DNA of 52,201 nucleotides from a virus: IMG/VR virus record IMGVR_UViG_3300009124_000020; one strand, 5' to 3'. Shown piece by piece: positions 52,078 to 52,201 of this stretch (position 1 is its first letter; each line of letters starts with the position of its first letter). The notes under the pieces were generated by a model. It saw only the letters and a program-made list of their open reading frames with translations, ran no database searches and was not told where the DNA came from. The position numbers and the translations under genes were made by a program.

Positions 52078-52201
52078 ATGGCAGGTTATACCAGACAATC
52101 AGTAGCTAGTATCATTAATGGTGCTAATATTACTGCTCCACCTCTAAATGCAGAGTTTAACCAACTACTTGCTGCATTTTCTGGTTCTACAGGGCATACA
52201 C
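52078..52201 (+). CDS. 5' end of the tail fibre gene (continues at nt 83 of the window via the 82-bp overlap)
   Basis: The ATG at 52078 is in frame with nt 1. The N-terminus reads MAGYTRQSVASIINGANITAPPLNAEFNQLLAAFSGSTGHTHTGG. Confidence 0.8.
   Translation, partial: MAGYTRQSVASIINGANITAPPLNAEFNQLLAAFSGSTGHT
52120..52201. repeat. Terminal overlap, identical to 1..82
   Basis: Read directly. Confidence 0.95.

Noticed and set aside
1-52201. T7-like single-subunit RNA polymerase, or a T7-style physical direct terminal repeat
   Set aside because: No ORF of the required size or motifs is present. The 82-bp repeat interrupts a coding frame, so it is more likely an assembly overlap.

Overview
The window is a complete, AT-rich genome of a temperate tailed phage, podovirus-like in gene content. 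Its first 82 nt are identical to its last 82 nt, so the unit length is 52,119 bp, and the junction falls inside a tail-fibre gene. That placement points to a circular or permuted assembly rather than physical ends.

Layout:
- Plus strand, 38.7 kb through the junction to 19.0 kb: a late block. It holds small accessory genes, an HNH-like protein, a 2OG-Fe(II) oxygenase, four small basic proteins, TerS/TerL, portal, scaffold, major capsid, two tail-tube-like proteins and two modular tail fibres. These are followed by an HlyC/RTX-type lysine acyltransferase homologue, an embedded lysis cassette, and about 8 kb of large orphan virion proteins.
- 19.1 kb: tRNA-Arg(UCU) on the minus strand.
- Minus strand, 33.3 to 19.4 kb: integration and replication block. 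In order: tyrosine integrase, MazG, an attP that copies the 3' half of an initiator tRNA-fMet, primase, DnaB-like helicase, and a family A DNA polymerase with a DnaJ-type zinc-finger insertion. These are followed by an SSB-like protein, a frameshifted C5-cytosine methyltransferase, a PD-(D/E)XK nuclease, T7-type endonuclease I, DUF3310, and class I RNR alpha and beta.
- 33.4 to 38.7 kb: an accessory and regulatory island. It contains a beta-class N4/N6 DNA methyltransferase cassette bracketed by 20-bp direct and 22-bp inverted repeats. It also contains small genes recalling plasmid leading-region families, a divergent two-gene island, and two long non-coding tracts with GATCT clusters and iteron-like repeats.

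No phage RNA polymerase and no recognisable CI/Cro-type repressor was seen. The architecture recalls HMO-2011-type marine podoviruses; this comes from memory and was not searched.

The leads I consider most interesting are:
- the virion-module RTX-toxin-activating acyltransferase homologue, which has its own promoter;
- the repeat-bracketed methyltransferase cassette and its shared palindromic operator at two outward-facing promoters;
- the recurrent CTATGACACTAA-type intergenic motif;
- the TerL N-terminal recombinase-like extension;
- the candidate anti-defence genes.

All family assignments are motif recognition by eye and need HMM or structure confirmation.
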